A stretch of 64,000 bases of DNA from assembly GCA_002633005.1 (NCBI GenBank), contig NMRA01000028.1, forward strand, positions 124,001-188,000, given 5' to 3'. The translations under genes were made by a program, and so were the position numbers. Of the stretch, positions 38,846 through 51,592 are shown piece after piece (the first letter of the stretch is position 1; every line of letters starts with the position of its first letter). The stretch comes from Phoronis australis. Its lineage: Eukaryota; Animalia; Phoronida. The notes beneath the pieces were generated by a model, which did not search any database, had not been told where the DNA came from, and saw only the letters and a list, made by a program, of their open reading frames with translations.

Positions 38846-41800
38846 TCACAAAACAAATACAAGTAACAAACCAAACAAAAATGAATAGTTACAAAAAACA
38901 GCAATTTTAGGTTTCCATTTGTTGTCCATGTTAAATATTGCAACACCAAACTGAAGGATAACGTATAATTATTTGAGTAGAAAGTGAGTGATTCAATGAA
39001 CCTGGTTTTTACTTCCTATCCAATATTAGATGTATTTTGTACCGTCAACAAGCACTTCTCACAATCTTATCACAAATTAGAAGCACTGGTAATATAATTT
39101 ACATAAAACCAATCACCAAATTCAGGTAAATGAATTTACAAACACACAGCACTGAGTCGAGCGAAGTTGCAAACTTCAAAGTCGAGTAAGTCAAGTTGAA
39201 AACAGTGACTGCTCCTGTTAAAAAAACAATGAAATACTCCACTTTGTCACCAGTGCCATCCCGTGTAATTAAGAACGCTAACTCCCCCTATTAGAAAACA
39301 AAACAAAAAGGCTTCCACCACAAGACATGAACCAAAAATGTTTTACAAAGATGGTGCTGATGGTTTTAAAGGAGGTGAACATGTCTTGACAGCACTGCCA
39401 ACTTCAAGGCATATTTTTGACAAAGGATGGCACCATCACCCAACTGATATCACGCAAGCAAAATAAAAGTAATAATATATTGTTTCAACAAACCTGAAGA
39501 CTGTGATCAATGTTTCATGGCTGCAGAATAACTTAAAACCAAAGGTATGAACTAGCAAAATTGTTTTAGGATTTTAAAACACTGCTATTAGTCCATAAAT
39601 TGAAGCAGAGCAATATACCCAATGAATAATGTCTATGTAGTTAATTTCTGCTCAAGTAAGCAGTCCTAAAAGTACACAAGGAAACAGTTTATACGATTTA
39701 GGTGATTTACAAATGAAAACAATCTTACAGATTACTGAAGTTACCTGGCATCTACCCCAGTAATCATATCCCTGTGACATTCATTGTCAGCAATGAGTCC
39801 ACACTGAACATGCAACTATCATTTAAGAACCAATGATGAAGACAGCATAAAGAACACCACAAAGTTCATGTGTGCCAAAGATATATCCAACAATCCCACC
39901 CTGAAGTCACAGACGCAAACTACTTTCAAAAATATACACCAAGGATAATACAGAGTTAGGGATTGATACAGACATTTTGTGCCACCATAAATCGAAGACT
40001 AGTTTTACGCATGCATGCATATTCCTGAGGAAATCTCAGAAAATGTCAGACTAACTCTCGACTACTTTTAACTTGAATTATCGGTTTTTCACCATTCAAG
40101 CTCTCATGTTGTCATCATGCAGCATGCAAAATGGCTCCTTGGGGGCCATGGTCATTGGACCTAAACTAGACAAAACAAGACAAAGATTACAGAAAATAGA
40201 AATAAAGGAGGCATGCAGAGAAGGCTCAGAGCAAGCCATTGTCAACAAGAATGATGGCTCACAAATAAAAGCAAAAATAACAAAAATGTACATTGCACCA
40301 AAAGCCAGTAGCAAAAGTGCTCTATTTCAAAGCATATTAATAACATGGATGGGATATTGCATAATTGCAAACTGTTAAGAGTTTCTAAACCAAAAACCAA
40401 TAGGTATACATATTAGCATAGTGGTAAGTATGCTCCCAAATTGATTGATGGACAGCAGCAAGGAATATAATAGTAAAGTTAAAATCAGGTTAACACAAAA
40501 TAAATAAAATAGATAAAACTATGTGTATAATTGTTAACAGGAGAAGAAGTGGAGCATAGGACAGAATTACTCTTCAAAGCAAGTGTACAGGGCAGGGAAC
40601 AAAAGCCAGTCATTTTACAGCAAGAAATTATTGAGACAAAACTCAAATCGTCATATACACCTATCTAAACACAAAAGCCTAAGATTTAAACAAGGCCTCT
40701 GTCAAGCAAATGTTTTGAAAATGCTCCCTCCAGTTTTTGTGTGATGACGCTGTTGTTAACCAGCTGTCAAAAAGTGGTACACTCACATTTTGTGGACTGT
40801 AAAGTTAAATAGAAGACCATAATACAGATGTGGCAACCACAAACATTCAATGACTCATAGCACAACCACTGAGCAATGTGACTCATCACACTAGAAATTC
40901 CTATATGCACTCTGATGACTACAGATTCTATGGATGGAACAAATTTTGAAAAACACAGAAAATGACCCTAGTGGCAATTTTGAAAGACATGTGATTTGCA
41001 TAATTCCACTAACAATTATCAAGACTGATTGTCATGCTAAAAACAAGTCAAGCTTCAGACAGGCTACTTCCTTTCACCTAGCACAGAACACTCTTGTGTG
41101 AGCTTCTACGTTGCTTAAAGGCCTTTCATACCAGTGTCAACACCATGTTGATGTTTTTGGGAATGCTAGTCGGTATGAATAATTAACTTCAATCCTGGAC
41201 TGAAGTTAGTAGTGCATTAAACAATGGATTAACAGCACAGAGTTAATTTAGATGTCATCGGAGTTATCGGCAGGTGTCGGTGCCAAAAATGCATGCTGTA
41301 TTACTTTCATATTTATTGAATATCCACCATTCTACAACTGATGCTTCATTTCATTGATGGTCTGACCTATGATAAGAATTTTACTTTAAATTAAAAAATA
41401 CACCCGAAAATGTTTTTAGAGTGCTGCCTTGTGATAACTTCGATGACTCAACACATCAAACTGTGATAACGTCTGAAATCCTTCTGAAAAGTTCAACAAA
41501 CTTAACAGTTTACAATCACACTCCTCCACTACTGGAATTAACTTGGTACAAATGTGCCTTCAGACAATGAATGAATCATATCACTTGATGAAAACTGAAA
41601 CTCCAGTCTATCAAAACTCCATTGCAACTCCTCTTACTTTTCTCATGAACTCGTCTTCAGTGGCAACATTGGATTTACCGCAAGGTTTAAAAATTTAACA
41701 CCAGATGGCACTGTCAATTTACACACTCAACTGAATACGTGTGTTGCATCTCCTGACCTCTAGCAATTACCGACAGGAGTGCAGTTAACCTTTTCCATTG

Positions 41801-42173
41801 CAGGGGATTTGTGCAACTCCATAGTTTAATTCACCTTTTTGAAAGGAGTTGCAATGGCTGTTGCACTGGTTGTGGTGGGAAACCAACATTAGACACTGTC
41901 TCTGGGACATTTCAACAAACAATGAAGTCAAGCGGAGTGTTGGTCTTGCTCGAAGCCTACACAACCCCAACAATATGCACACACAAAATAGACAGCACAG
42001 CTGTTCACATGGTCTCTGGTCCCAATCTATGCATAAAAAAGCCTAACACAGTAAGGTATAATCTAATACTGTAAGTGGTGATGAGCCGAATAGACATTAA
42101 CACCAACAGGTGGCGTTAGAAGCTTACTACTGTGACCAGTCACAGTGAGTGTAAGAAAGCCAACAGAAGGCAT

Positions 42174-42449
<276 letters not shown>

Positions 42450-44135
42450 TCAAAATTGTCAATTTTCCATTTTCAAGTCTGATTTCTTTCCTACAAATAG
42501 TGGAAAGTTTACCAAGTATTATTTTATATCTATACAGTACAGACCATGTGAGTAATAGAAATATTTTCTTAATCTTTATAAATTCGTCTGTCGGCCATAT
42601 TGTGAGCCAAAAAGTGGAGAATTGCCATAATTCTCACTACTCGTTTACACGTTAGACATCATCAACTCCCTCAGTTACAAATACCACTTCCTTTTTACCT
42701 ATAATGTTATCAACCAGAAAGGATTATTCAGGTGAAAATAGACACTATAGAGCTGTTCACACTGGGAGTTATCCCAATACAAAATACTATTATTGCACAA
42801 GACATGACAAGACGTTTTTTGATATTTTATGACAATAGCCAGGATATTCTATAATCTGGTATGACATTAAGTGGGCTCCACATTAACAGCTGCTGACTTG
42901 TTCAGTCCCACATATAGGGATGTCTCATCCTTTTTGGCCATGCATGTCACAAGGTGTAGGACGTGTGGTGTAGTGTTCAGCTGGCTGGGAAAAGTTGCTC
43001 ACATGAAAATTACTCAGGGGTAACTTGTAGAATCACAAGGATGTACCCACTCGCTGATATCATTTTTTGCCATCAACATGAGTTATGGCTTCCTTGTAGC
43101 TTCCCCATTTGTGCCAATGAACATCCATTCTTTGCTTAAATGTAGCATGTACTGTATTGAGTACCATCTGTACTGTGTGTATTAGCAGCTCCGAATAAAA
43201 ACTTATAGCACTTAGGGTAACTTGTGTCCTTGTCAGCCAGAGTGTACAGACAACCAATCCCAAAGGCAGTGTCAAGAAAGTGAAGCAGGGGATAAATGCC
43301 TTTGCCCACGTCATTCTAGTAGGTTCACTATTACTGGGCACACAAGTGCAAAAGGCCAGAATTCATGGAACAATGGTGTATGGTATTTCCCATAGCCATT
43401 TTATTTTCATTTATTTCAAATTAGAGAAGTATAACGAAAGAGAAAAAGGAATTCGTGTGAGGTTTGTAAATGGCACAAAAATAGTAATCCATTTTTGGAT
43501 AAACTCATCAGTGCCAGCACGTAGCTAAAAGTTAATTCCATCTAGCCCAAGTTTGCTGCCCCAACAGTCACTTCAAGTGGGTTAAATTGCACTACCTCGA
43601 AGAGGTGGGATAAGTGGTCACCCTCGTGTCCACACTATGTCACAGCTCATCTGGCACACCTTACAACAGTAAACTGCCTCTTTCATGAGCAGCACACACG
43701 CACACACACAACAAGGACAAGCTGGACTTAGACATCAGGAATTTCTGGTCTACAGCATCATAATTTCATTATCATTGACCCTGCCAGCCACTAAGTGAAA
43801 CCACCATAAAATCTTAACTGCTCAATTTATGTCAACAAAGATATGTCTACCAAAAAAGTCACAAGAGTACACAAGCAAGTTTTCACTCTCTGCTTGTCAT
43901 TAGATGGTTTAATTACCCCCATGTCTTGTGCTTCAACATCTTTCATTTAAGGTTTCCTAAAAAAGTGTACAGCTCATAGTGCCAGACTCCACCCCACTCC
44001 CTCATGATTTAATTTAGTCAGTATGAAAGCGATATCTACACACCACTGGATCTTCTGTGAGTCTTTATTCAAAAGAACTACTGAACCAAAAAAACTAAAC
44101 CATGGGTTGAGATTCTCAGCACTGCACTTACTCAC

Positions 44136-44326
44136 CTGTGTGTGTTCTTCGATGTGCCTTGAGGTGTGAACTCTTTGTATACACCTTGCTACAGCCATCA
44201 AAGTCACACCTATGCACCCGTCGTTTCTTGCTCCCACTAGACTCAGAGCCGGAGTCTTCGTCGATGTCTGGTTTCCTTCGTCGCCACTGTGGTCTAGTGG
44301 GAAAATTACCTGTAGTTTGTAAATGC
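44136..44326 (-). CDS. KLF12: KLF3/8/12-like exon (basic region and zinc finger 1)
   Basis: [32 protein letters not shown]; tttcAG acceptor (phase 2), G|GTGAGT donor. Confidence 0.9.
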
Positions 44327-44776
44327 CTGAAATGTCCAAAGGAGAAAACTATGCACACGTTACAAGAATATTCATACATATGCAAGTATATCTGACTTCA
44401 GCAAAGTTATTTAAAACTAAGAGACACATGTACAAAAAAATCTGTTTTTAGATCACCATGACAAGATATGCACATGATAAAACACAACACTACATTCAAA
44501 ATATCCACACTATATTCAAGCTGTTCGAAAAAAGCAATTACTTAAAAATCGCATTCTATTGTCAAAACACTAGCAAAAAACGGGTGAGTTATTTCAGAGC
44601 TTGTTGACTTTAGGCAATATCCATCAGGTCAACAACCTTGATAACATGTAAACTGGATGTAATAAGGTCACATGGCTGAAAATGAATTGTTATGTTTTAA
44701 AACATTTTTAGAGACCACTAGATTTCCCAAGATAACATCCCTAGAGGCCCAACAGAGAAATTTTATACCAACTTAC

Positions 44777-44894
44777 AGTGCGGAGTTATGATCAAATTCT
44801 TTAATTTTTCGAAGAGGTAAAAACTTGTTGATAGCAGGTGCTACACAGAAGGTGGGATCCAGTGATTTGTCGATCGGCAGTCGAATGGCAACAT
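44777..44894 (-). CDS. KLF12: KLF3/8/12-like internal exon (DVAIRLPIDKSLDPTFCVAPAINKFLPLRKIKEFDHNSAL)
   Basis: Strong ttttcAG acceptor and GTAAGT donor; open frame, phase 1-2, joining both neighbours exactly. Confidence 0.78.
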
Positions 44895-45320
44895 CTGAAA
44901 ACATGAAAAAAACACCTAATATTATGTAACAATATCAAATTTACATTTCATACAACTTCCAGAACCAGACACACTCACTTTGTATTACAGTATTCGACTG
45001 GGTTGGTGGCAATGTCAGAGCTTAACATCCATGATATTCCTTAACTTTCTCCATCTTTAAATGCCCAAATTACATCATCTAGATTGCCTTGAGTAACCAT
45101 GTCTGGGAATGCCCACCTAAGGATAAATCCAACTCACCAAAGTGCATGTGAGTCACTTAGCTAGAAGTAGTGACAACCAAACTTGAGTAGTAGTGGTAAT
45201 AGCTTCACTTGCAGACTAAGTGGATGACATGAACACAGCTGTCTTTGGTGAGCACACATCCACAAAACAAAATTAATTTTAAACCACCCTCTGCCTGGTC
45301 ACTATCATCGGTTATTGCAC

Positions 45321-45823
45321 TAGGCTCGCGCTAGATGCTCGCCAACTTGCCAATGGCGAATTCTTAGCGGCGCCAACTTGACAAATGTTTTCACAACTTG
45401 ACAATAAAAATTAATATCAGGAAACCTACTCGCCTGAATACTCATAATCAGCTTGAATCAAGTGGTGCCTTACTACTTAATGGCTTTTATACTCACTATT
45501 CTGCACGATTTAGCTTTACTTTGCAAGCCAACAAGTTATGTTAATGCTTTTGGACCTAAATGTCTTGTTCATCAAAATGCCCACGTGGCTGGCGTACTTC
45601 CGCCGTAACCAATTTTTTAGGTCAACATCAATGAAACGTGTAACCCGGAGATATAGGGGAGAAGCCCCTGCCCAATTTGTTTTAGGTCAACATCAATGAA
45701 ATGCCTATGTGGATAACCCAGGAAAAGGGAAAAGTATTTAGCTAATAATTTTTGAAAATGGCTGAAGGTTTTCAGATGTTTTAGCCATTTTGGCTAGTAC
45801 TTTAAAAGTCTAGCACGAGCCTA
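45321..45823. mobile_element. Degenerate hAT-like MITE
   Basis: TIR TAGGCTCGCGCTAGA/TCTAGCACGAGCCTA; no TSD recognised. Confidence 0.55.
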
Positions 45824-46641
45824 GATCTTGAGCAGTAAATTCTATCTAACCTAGCACTGTAAAAGCGCTTTCCCTTAATGTTAACTGTGGTTAATCGCGA
45901 AGTTAAGTGTTAGTGTTCTCATCAGCTTCAGAGTTATAGTTCAGAAAAGTTATCGCAAGGCCGCATTAATAAGACCATTGATCATGTCGCCTGGATGTTT
46001 TTGACAGTGCTAAACGATAAAAATTGCAAGGATCTTTCCCTCTCCCTAGATGGAAACTAGAATGTCAACTTCACAAGGCAGTCAACGTTTGCTACGTAGG
46101 GATGATGACTACGAATTGAACATTTTAAAAAATTGACTCTTGAGCAGGCCAACAGCTGAACCAAAGAAAGGCAGTATGGTTTGGCGGGAACTCATTTTGC
46201 ATACACTACATGGTTGGCGATTTTAATGTAAAGAATCTGGCAAATACGTGGATAAATTGAAACAGAATGCTTATATCGCCAAAATATTAATTAATTACAA
46301 CAAAATGTTAGCAAATAGAAACCAGTTACTGCGCTGTTAACTTGGACTGAAGACCGAAGTTAAGTGTTCCCATTAACTGAACAGAGCCAGTGGGAAAGGC
46401 GTTTTAGAATACACAGCTTTGTAGTTAACTCACATTGAAAGACAGACAGGCAGTCCAAAATCTTTCAATATTCCACAAGACAGATATAAGGTACTTCCAG
46501 GCCCCATTACCCTCAGTTACCACTATCACTGACATACTATTCTTTGTTTGCAGTAAATTGGCTGCCAATAGCAACTCAAGATCCTGGTGCCTTTTCTTTC
46601 TAATGAACCATAACTGTGTGCTAGGGTGATAACAGAATTAA

Positions 46642-47138
46642 CTCACCCTCTCACTGTATTCCAATGTGATTCTCAATAACAGAACCACTGAGTGAGAAAT
46701 GCAAGAGAGACTCTAGTGAGAATTTGAAGTTCTGAGTGAGAAGGTCGTGGAAAAAAATAGAGGGAATTCAGTCAGTTTTTTACTTTTGTGAGTGAGAATC
46801 CAGTGACAATGTCAGACTATGAAAATTTCTGAATGAGAATTAAGTGAGAAATTGGACTTGAAAAAAAGAGAGTGAGAAATCAGTGAGAATTTAGGATAAA
46901 CAAACATGCTCATTGCGTAGTCATGCTGGAAGATGAATTTTCACTGAGTGAGAATGCTACAAAATCAGTTAGATTCTCACAACATTCTCACTGGAATATC
47001 ATTGTATTCCCCTTACAATGAGATTTGTTCTCACTAATTTGATTGGCATCTTAATAATTAGCAAGATTCTTATTGGAATCCAGTGAGATTACCACTTTCT
47101 TTCAGGATAATTTTCTATAGCTTTTTCATAAGGGTGAG
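46642..47138. mobile_element. Probable non-autonomous element with many short subterminal-type repeats (GTGAGAA x11)
   Basis: 8-bp terminal IR CTCACCCT/AGGGTGAG; 8 forward then 3 reverse GTGAGAA copies. Confidence 0.5.
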
Positions 47139-49328
47139 CCAGAGAACTTGTACTGGGAACAACAACGCACCCCACCATCTTAACGTTTTTAAGATGACCT
47201 CAAAAGGCTATTATCACAGTTGCGGACATCACACAGACTAAGCAGAAGTCAATCCTGGATTGTAGGACTATTGCCCACAGAAGTCACCACAGTCACAAAC
47301 TGACTACCAGTAATCCAAGCTGGCACAAATGAACTAAAGGTGTTTTTTAATACGCTGAGCTTGTGAGCAATCTCAATGGTTGGAGGTGGATTCTTTACCA
47401 GTATGAAACTTCTCAAATCACAATATAAGGATATTTAACCGTATCATACTCCTAAATGCATAGACACTTCTTACACCCAGTTTATTAATTGCTAACAGAA
47501 AAAAATCTTTTCAAATCAGTGATAGGGCAAAAATTCTCAAGCTTGGGACAGTCTCCGAAACTTAGAACATTGAAATTCAAGCCGAAATATTTTTCATTCT
47601 AATGATTGGGATGTGAGCAATTTTGGCGCTCACTATTCTCAAATATTGGACATAGTGTTTTAATCAATGGAATCTGAAAACAGACAGGACAGTTCATAAA
47701 ATTGAAGAAAATAAGCTGCCGATACAACATTTTCATACGCCCACATAGTTTTTAACATCTAGGTGAATGCTCTATGTCATTGATCATCATTGTTGAATCT
47801 GGGACAGCCACTACTGCTTATTTCTAAAATCTCTAGCCTTGGGCAAAGTAATTTATTATTCACTGTTCCAAACTGGAGAATTTTCCCCATAATAATACCG
47901 TGTTAGTTATAGTGACTAAAATTGTATCACAACCATTTTGAGTTATGAAGTGGGATGGGAAATTGTGTTCTCCATCACAATAATTTCTCTCCTTTTTGTG
48001 CACTCAGGTTAATGAGCATATCCTAAATTATCAGATTAAACTGAGCTTTACATGTCTTATAACCCAAGCACCATTAACAGTATTGCCATTGTTAAAGGAA
48101 TATTTTACCATACAGGTCTATATGTCCTTAAGTCCTGTAAAAACCAATTATATTTGTGTATAACTCATGATAAGCAGCTCATGAGTTACGCTGTGCTTAG
48201 ACAAACACTTATGAACACTTATAAACTAGCGTGTGTTGCCCAAGCAGACAAACTATATGTGAGTCACCAAAATTTTAGCTAGGTAGGTCACAGTGCACAA
48301 AAGCATGAAAGATCAGTAAATCTTAAGTTTCAAAACTACATATGAGTCAACATAAATTATTGATGATATTTCAACACACACAGCCAAACATTAAAGAAAA
48401 CAAACCCCTAATGTTCTTTGAGTAGAAGTTAGACTGAACTTATGTATTAAGATGACAAAACTTTAAACTGACAAAACTTGAAAACGCTTGAAGTAGACTG
48501 TCCACAAAATCATTTTGACATTATGAAAACAATAATGGTATAGACAATAAGTTCGGTAACAGAAAGTAGGTCCCATAAAATTGGTAAGTTAAAATTTCTG
48601 CAAATGGTCCTTAGAAATAACTCAGACTGGGTTTGAAATCAACATCCCAAAGTGCCTCCAACTTAATCCTCAAAAACACACCAACGTTTGTTTGTCTTGC
48701 TTCAGGGGTATGACCTAACCTGACGCCAGCTCTCAAGCCACTGACTTGGCCATTGACCTCATTTTGAGACACTTCCAATAAAAAAGAGCACAACAAATTA
48801 CTGCCCTTACCCCCCTCTGAGATTTAATAGCAGGTACTTGTCAGTTGGTTACTTGTTAAGCAGCTGGGGAGTGGCATTTGAAGGCATAACTGACAAGTGA
48901 CATTATTTCTTGCCAGCAGAAGACCTGTCAATCAAGTGCACAGGAACAGACCAGCTGAGACCAGTGACCTGCAGCCAGGGGCAATAACCCCTGACTAAAG
49001 AAGCTCAGGGACTGACCTAAATTAAACAGCATTGTGCCCCCTTGTAATGACTGGGGGCACCAGCAGGGCAGCTACCAGCATATTGGACAGCACAGCCCTC
49101 TACTACAGCCACTTGGGCCAACAGTTTTATAGGAGTCCTTCAAAAACTTCTGAACTGGAAGAAGATATAGTGTGTCCATGTCCCCACATAGCGCGTTTAA
49201 TTCACAATATTAACATGATTAAGTAACTAATTGCGTTGTTCTAAATCAGAGCACTGATATCTTGTAAATAATAATTATTAGTCTTATGCTTTCTACTATG
49301 TCTGTTTGCATTGCTGTAATTGGCCAGT

Positions 49329-49402
49329 GGTCCCAATAGCTCAGTGGACTAGAGTGTCTGCACGATTAGCAGAAAGTGCTGGCTTGAAAACTGGATCAGA
49401 GC
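49329..49402 (+). pseudogene. Degenerate tRNA-like sequence inside an inverted-repeat element
   Basis: A-box/D-arm TAGCTCAGTGGACTAGAG, anticodon-like stem TCTGC-ACGATTA-GCAGA, decayed B-box; the acceptor stem does not pair well. Confidence 0.55.
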
Positions 49403-51285
49403 AGAGATCTTTTGAGAATTGAATATAGAACAGGTGATGTAAGCAACAGATGGCATGCATAAGATTAATAATTACTATTCATACCATTTAGAACCATTTC
49501 TAGAATAAGAAGCACAAGTATTAAATTCACTATATCATTTACATTCCACGTAAGAGTGAAATTTCATTTACATGAAAATATGTTGCAGATGGTATTAAGC
49601 ATGAAATACAATATTGTATTATAGTTAGTTATTTTGTCATATTTCCATTAATTTCAGTTTCTATGTTCACAGATGATATAAATGATTTCTTAAGTGATTG
49701 AGCTCTATTGAGGATGATAAGTTTTCCTTTGACTTCAGGGGTCCTGGTGTATTTTCTCTAAACCATTTTACAGGGGGCTGGGGCTGAACCATGCCAGATA
49801 GCCCTGGACCACATGCAGTCTACATTACTCCACTTTCAAATTAATGATTTTGAAATCTTTCAACATATTCTTGTTTTACAATAATTGCAAAGTGGATTTT
49901 GGTGCGGTAGAGACAAGTGTTAATTTCTTCTGACCATCCAATTTTTCAGAAATACTCATCAACATGGTAATATTGTATTGCAGTGTGATATGCAGACAAA
50001 AACTTTTATAACTGGTTGTCTTCTTGTCCTTGGTATCTTAAAAATGTTGACTGAAATTTTTCTTCCATTTATTTGGGAGGTAATTCCTGATTTTGTAATG
50101 GTCTTAACGATTGAATACATATTGAGTTGTTCTCACCTCATTGGTGAAAACAATGTTTGACATTCTGTGAGTTCTTGAGGCAAAGACTTTCTGATAAAAA
50201 TACTTTTGTGCTCACTGCACTTAAGAGGTACCAATACGAAATGCAGATCTGAAAGATGAGATCTAACAGAATACAAGTAATTCAATTTCATTTTTCCAAT
50301 TTTAGCTCATGCAATTTTAACACATTTCTGCCACAAGATGGCTCATCACCATTATCGGCAATATTGCCTGAGTGATTTAGGGTCAGCTTCACCAATGGGA
50401 TAGGCCTAAAAGGGAGGGATGGAGTCCAGTCCTAAGTGTATGGACCTAATGGAGCTTGGAGGGTTGGTTACAAATTGAAGAAATTCATCCATGGTTGTAA
50501 CAACCCAACAATTGGTTTTAGCAGCACAGCCAAGACTATTTGATTCCCTTACCGGCCCTGTTATTAGGTCGGCCCTGTTATTAGGTCGCTCACAGCAGTC
50601 CCACTGGTGCTGTCTCATGTTGTTTACTAGACTGCCACTTGCTGATCAATGAGTAGATTAAATCTGCTCCTAAGAGTTCGTCAAATCCTTGAAAACATTT
50701 GTTCCTAATGTTGCAAATGTTTTTAAACATCCTCGTCAGTGAGGTTTGCTTTAATCAAGGCAAAAGCAGCCAATACTATTGTGCAAAACGGTATGTGTTG
50801 GTACACAGCTGATAGCAAAGGCATTCAGCAAATAGACTTGCTTTGTAACAGCTTTTTCAACAACCGTGACCACAGGGCAAAACTCCGTCCAGGAGTCACG
50901 ACTTGCGGACGACCTGTATGCAGCGCTAATACGTGGATTAGTTTCTGAAGTATCCTGTTAGAACAATCCGAGATTCATTTTTATTATGGTAATTGGTTTA
51001 AATCAAGTCATCCTGTTTGATACAATGCAGGTATATTGTAATAAACCAAATTACTGACTTTTTTGATTTGGTGAAGGGGCACAAATCACCCGATACTTGC
51101 CCCTTTGTCACCAACCAAAGGTGAACAACTGGCGTGGGTGTGACATATGACAACTGTTTATAAGCCAGTAAAGCAGGGGAAAGCATACGTACATTAAATT
51201 TAAAAGATTTTCTTTTAGCTGGACTGTAACCGACACAGTAGTGTAAGAAGTATCAGCGGATGTCAGGTCTGCTGGTTTTATATCC

Positions 51286-51592
51286 TGGTACAAGAATTAT
51301 GTTGAGACAACCACAAGATGGTACAAGGTTCATATGGAGACGACCACAAGATGGTACAAGGTCCATATTAAGATGACCACATTTAGATGGTTCAAGATTT
51401 ATGTTGAGACAACCACAAGATGATACATGGTTCATGTTGAGACCACCTCAAGATGGTACAAAGTTCGTGATGAGACGACCACATTTAAATGGTACAAGGT
51501 TCATGTTGAGACGACGATCACAAAATGGTACAAGGTTCATGATGAGACAACCACAAGATGGCACATTAGGCTCATGTTGAGTAGACCACAAA
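51286..51592 (+). repeat. ~33-bp minisatellite, about 9 copies
   Basis: Unit ATGTTGAGACAACCACAAGATGGTACAAGGTTC. Confidence 0.9.

Noticed and set aside
51286-51592. 33-bp repeat array of CRISPR-like unit length
   Set aside because: Units are contiguous with no unique spacers, there are no cas genes, and the context is eukaryotic.
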